A stretch of DNA of 6,817 bases, taken from a virus (lineage: Duplodnaviria > Heunggongvirae > Uroviricota > Caudoviricetes). The stretch lies in IMG/VR virus record IMGVR_UViG_3300009622_000013; one strand, given 5' to 3'. Positions 6,310 through 6,817 of this stretch are shown here, one piece after another; positions within the stretch are counted from its first letter, which is position 1; each line of letters starts with the position of its first letter. The notes under the pieces were generated by a model. The model made no database searches. It saw nothing but the letters and a program-made list of their open reading frames with translations, and was not told the DNA's origin. Made by a program: the position numbers and the translations under genes.

Positions 6310-6324
6310 CTGCAGGGGACACCA
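6310..6324 (+). other. Putative attR core: 15-nt copy of a tRNA 3' end (CTGCAGGGGACACCA) marking the prophage/host boundary
   Basis: The sequence ends in the acceptor-stem/ACCA-type terminus of a tRNA and by recollection equals the 3' end of argW tRNA-Arg. No upstream tRNA body is present, so it is a partial duplicate as expected at the att site distal to the integrase. It is flanked by torI (prophage) and dsdC (host). Confidence 0.6.
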
Positions 6325-6419
6325 TCCTTGTGTTTATCCCTAAAACCACATAAAAACCGTAAATTAAATTCGAACTAGCAGGCCGAATAAGGCACACCAG
6401 GAACTCGTGGTTTTATTCA

Positions 6420-6755
6420 TTATGAAGTGGTTTTTACCTGTTCTCTTAGCCAGATAATAAACGCTTCAATTTTTGGCCACTGCCTGCCCGGTAATGTGGT
6501 GATGTAATAATGCTGATGGCATTTCACCGTCATATCGCCAAACGGCGCGACGAGCTCACCACTGGCAAGCCTTTTTTGTACCAGGCGTTTTCTTCCCATC
6601 GCCACCCCAATATGATTCATCGCGGCAATAACAGCTAAATCAGAACGATCAAAGCCAATTCCAGAAGATGTCGGCAAATTAACCGCATAATGTTGCGCCC
6701 AACTATGCCATTCATCCGTACCGGAGTCGTTGCTCCATGCCTGTCTGTCATGGAG
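6420..6755 (-). CDS. dsdC: LysR-family transcriptional regulator, C-terminal part only (D-serine deaminase activator); upstream part replaced by a fold-back palindrome
   Basis: The minus-strand ORF ends ..HDRQAWSNDSGTDEWHSWAQHYAVNLPTSSGIGFDRSDLAVIAAMNHIGVAMGRKRLVQKRLASGELVAPFGDMTVKCHQHYYITTLPGRQWPKIEAFIIWLREQVKTTS, a LysR effector-domain C-terminus recognised as DsdC. The first 17 residues of the track ORF (MPFIRTGVVAPCLSVME) are encoded by the reverse-complement arm of the palindrome and are not native. Confidence 0.7.
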   Translation of the reverse strand, partial: LHDRQAWSNDSGTDEWHSWAQHYAVNLPTSSGIGFDRSDLAVIAAMNHIGVAMGRKRLVQKRLASGELVAPFGDMTVKCHQHYYITTLPGRQWPKIEAFIIWLREQVKTTS

Positions 6756-6817
6756 CTCCATGACAGACAGGCATGGAGCAACGACTCCGGTACGGATGAA
6801 TGGCATAGTTGGGCGCA
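6694..6817. repeat. Perfect 124-bp palindrome (62-bp arms, no spacer, centre between 6755 and 6756) running to the window end
   Basis: Bases 6756-6817 are the exact reverse complement of 6694-6755, checked block by block. The centre is GGAGCTCC. Confidence 0.95.

Noticed and set aside
1-6817. CRISPR arrays, insertion sequences, integrase or invertase genes, toxin-antitoxin pairs.
   Set aside because: No spacer-interspersed direct repeats, no terminal inverted repeats flanking a transposase-like ORF, and no recombinase-like ORF found. The only regular repeats are the 15-bp iterons and the terminal palindrome.

Overview
This window looks like the right-hand part of an E. coli K-12-type cryptic lambdoid prophage (CPS-53/KplE1-like, argW-dsdC locus) plus its junction with the host chromosome. 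Gene names are assigned from memory of the protein sequences, not from a search. From left to right: an AT-rich block; a decayed tail-fibre region with two convergent tail-fibre-assembly genes (tfaS fragment, yfdK) and a tail-fibre fragment (yfdL); a truncated Dam-family methyltransferase (yfdM); a PerC-like regulator (yfdN); a replication-protein-O-like remnant (yfdO); an intergenic region with 15-bp tandem iterons; the plus-strand yfdP-yfdQ-yfdR-yfdS-yfdT cluster; the excisionase-like torI; a 15-nt tRNA 3'-end-like core consistent with attR; and the 3' part of host dsdC on the minus strand. The most unusual observation is that the last 124 bases (6694-6817) form a perfect palindrome, which truncates dsdC and is most simply an assembly fold-back artefact. 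I do not see a clearly undescribed multi-gene system; the findings are structural anomalies and decay junctions.
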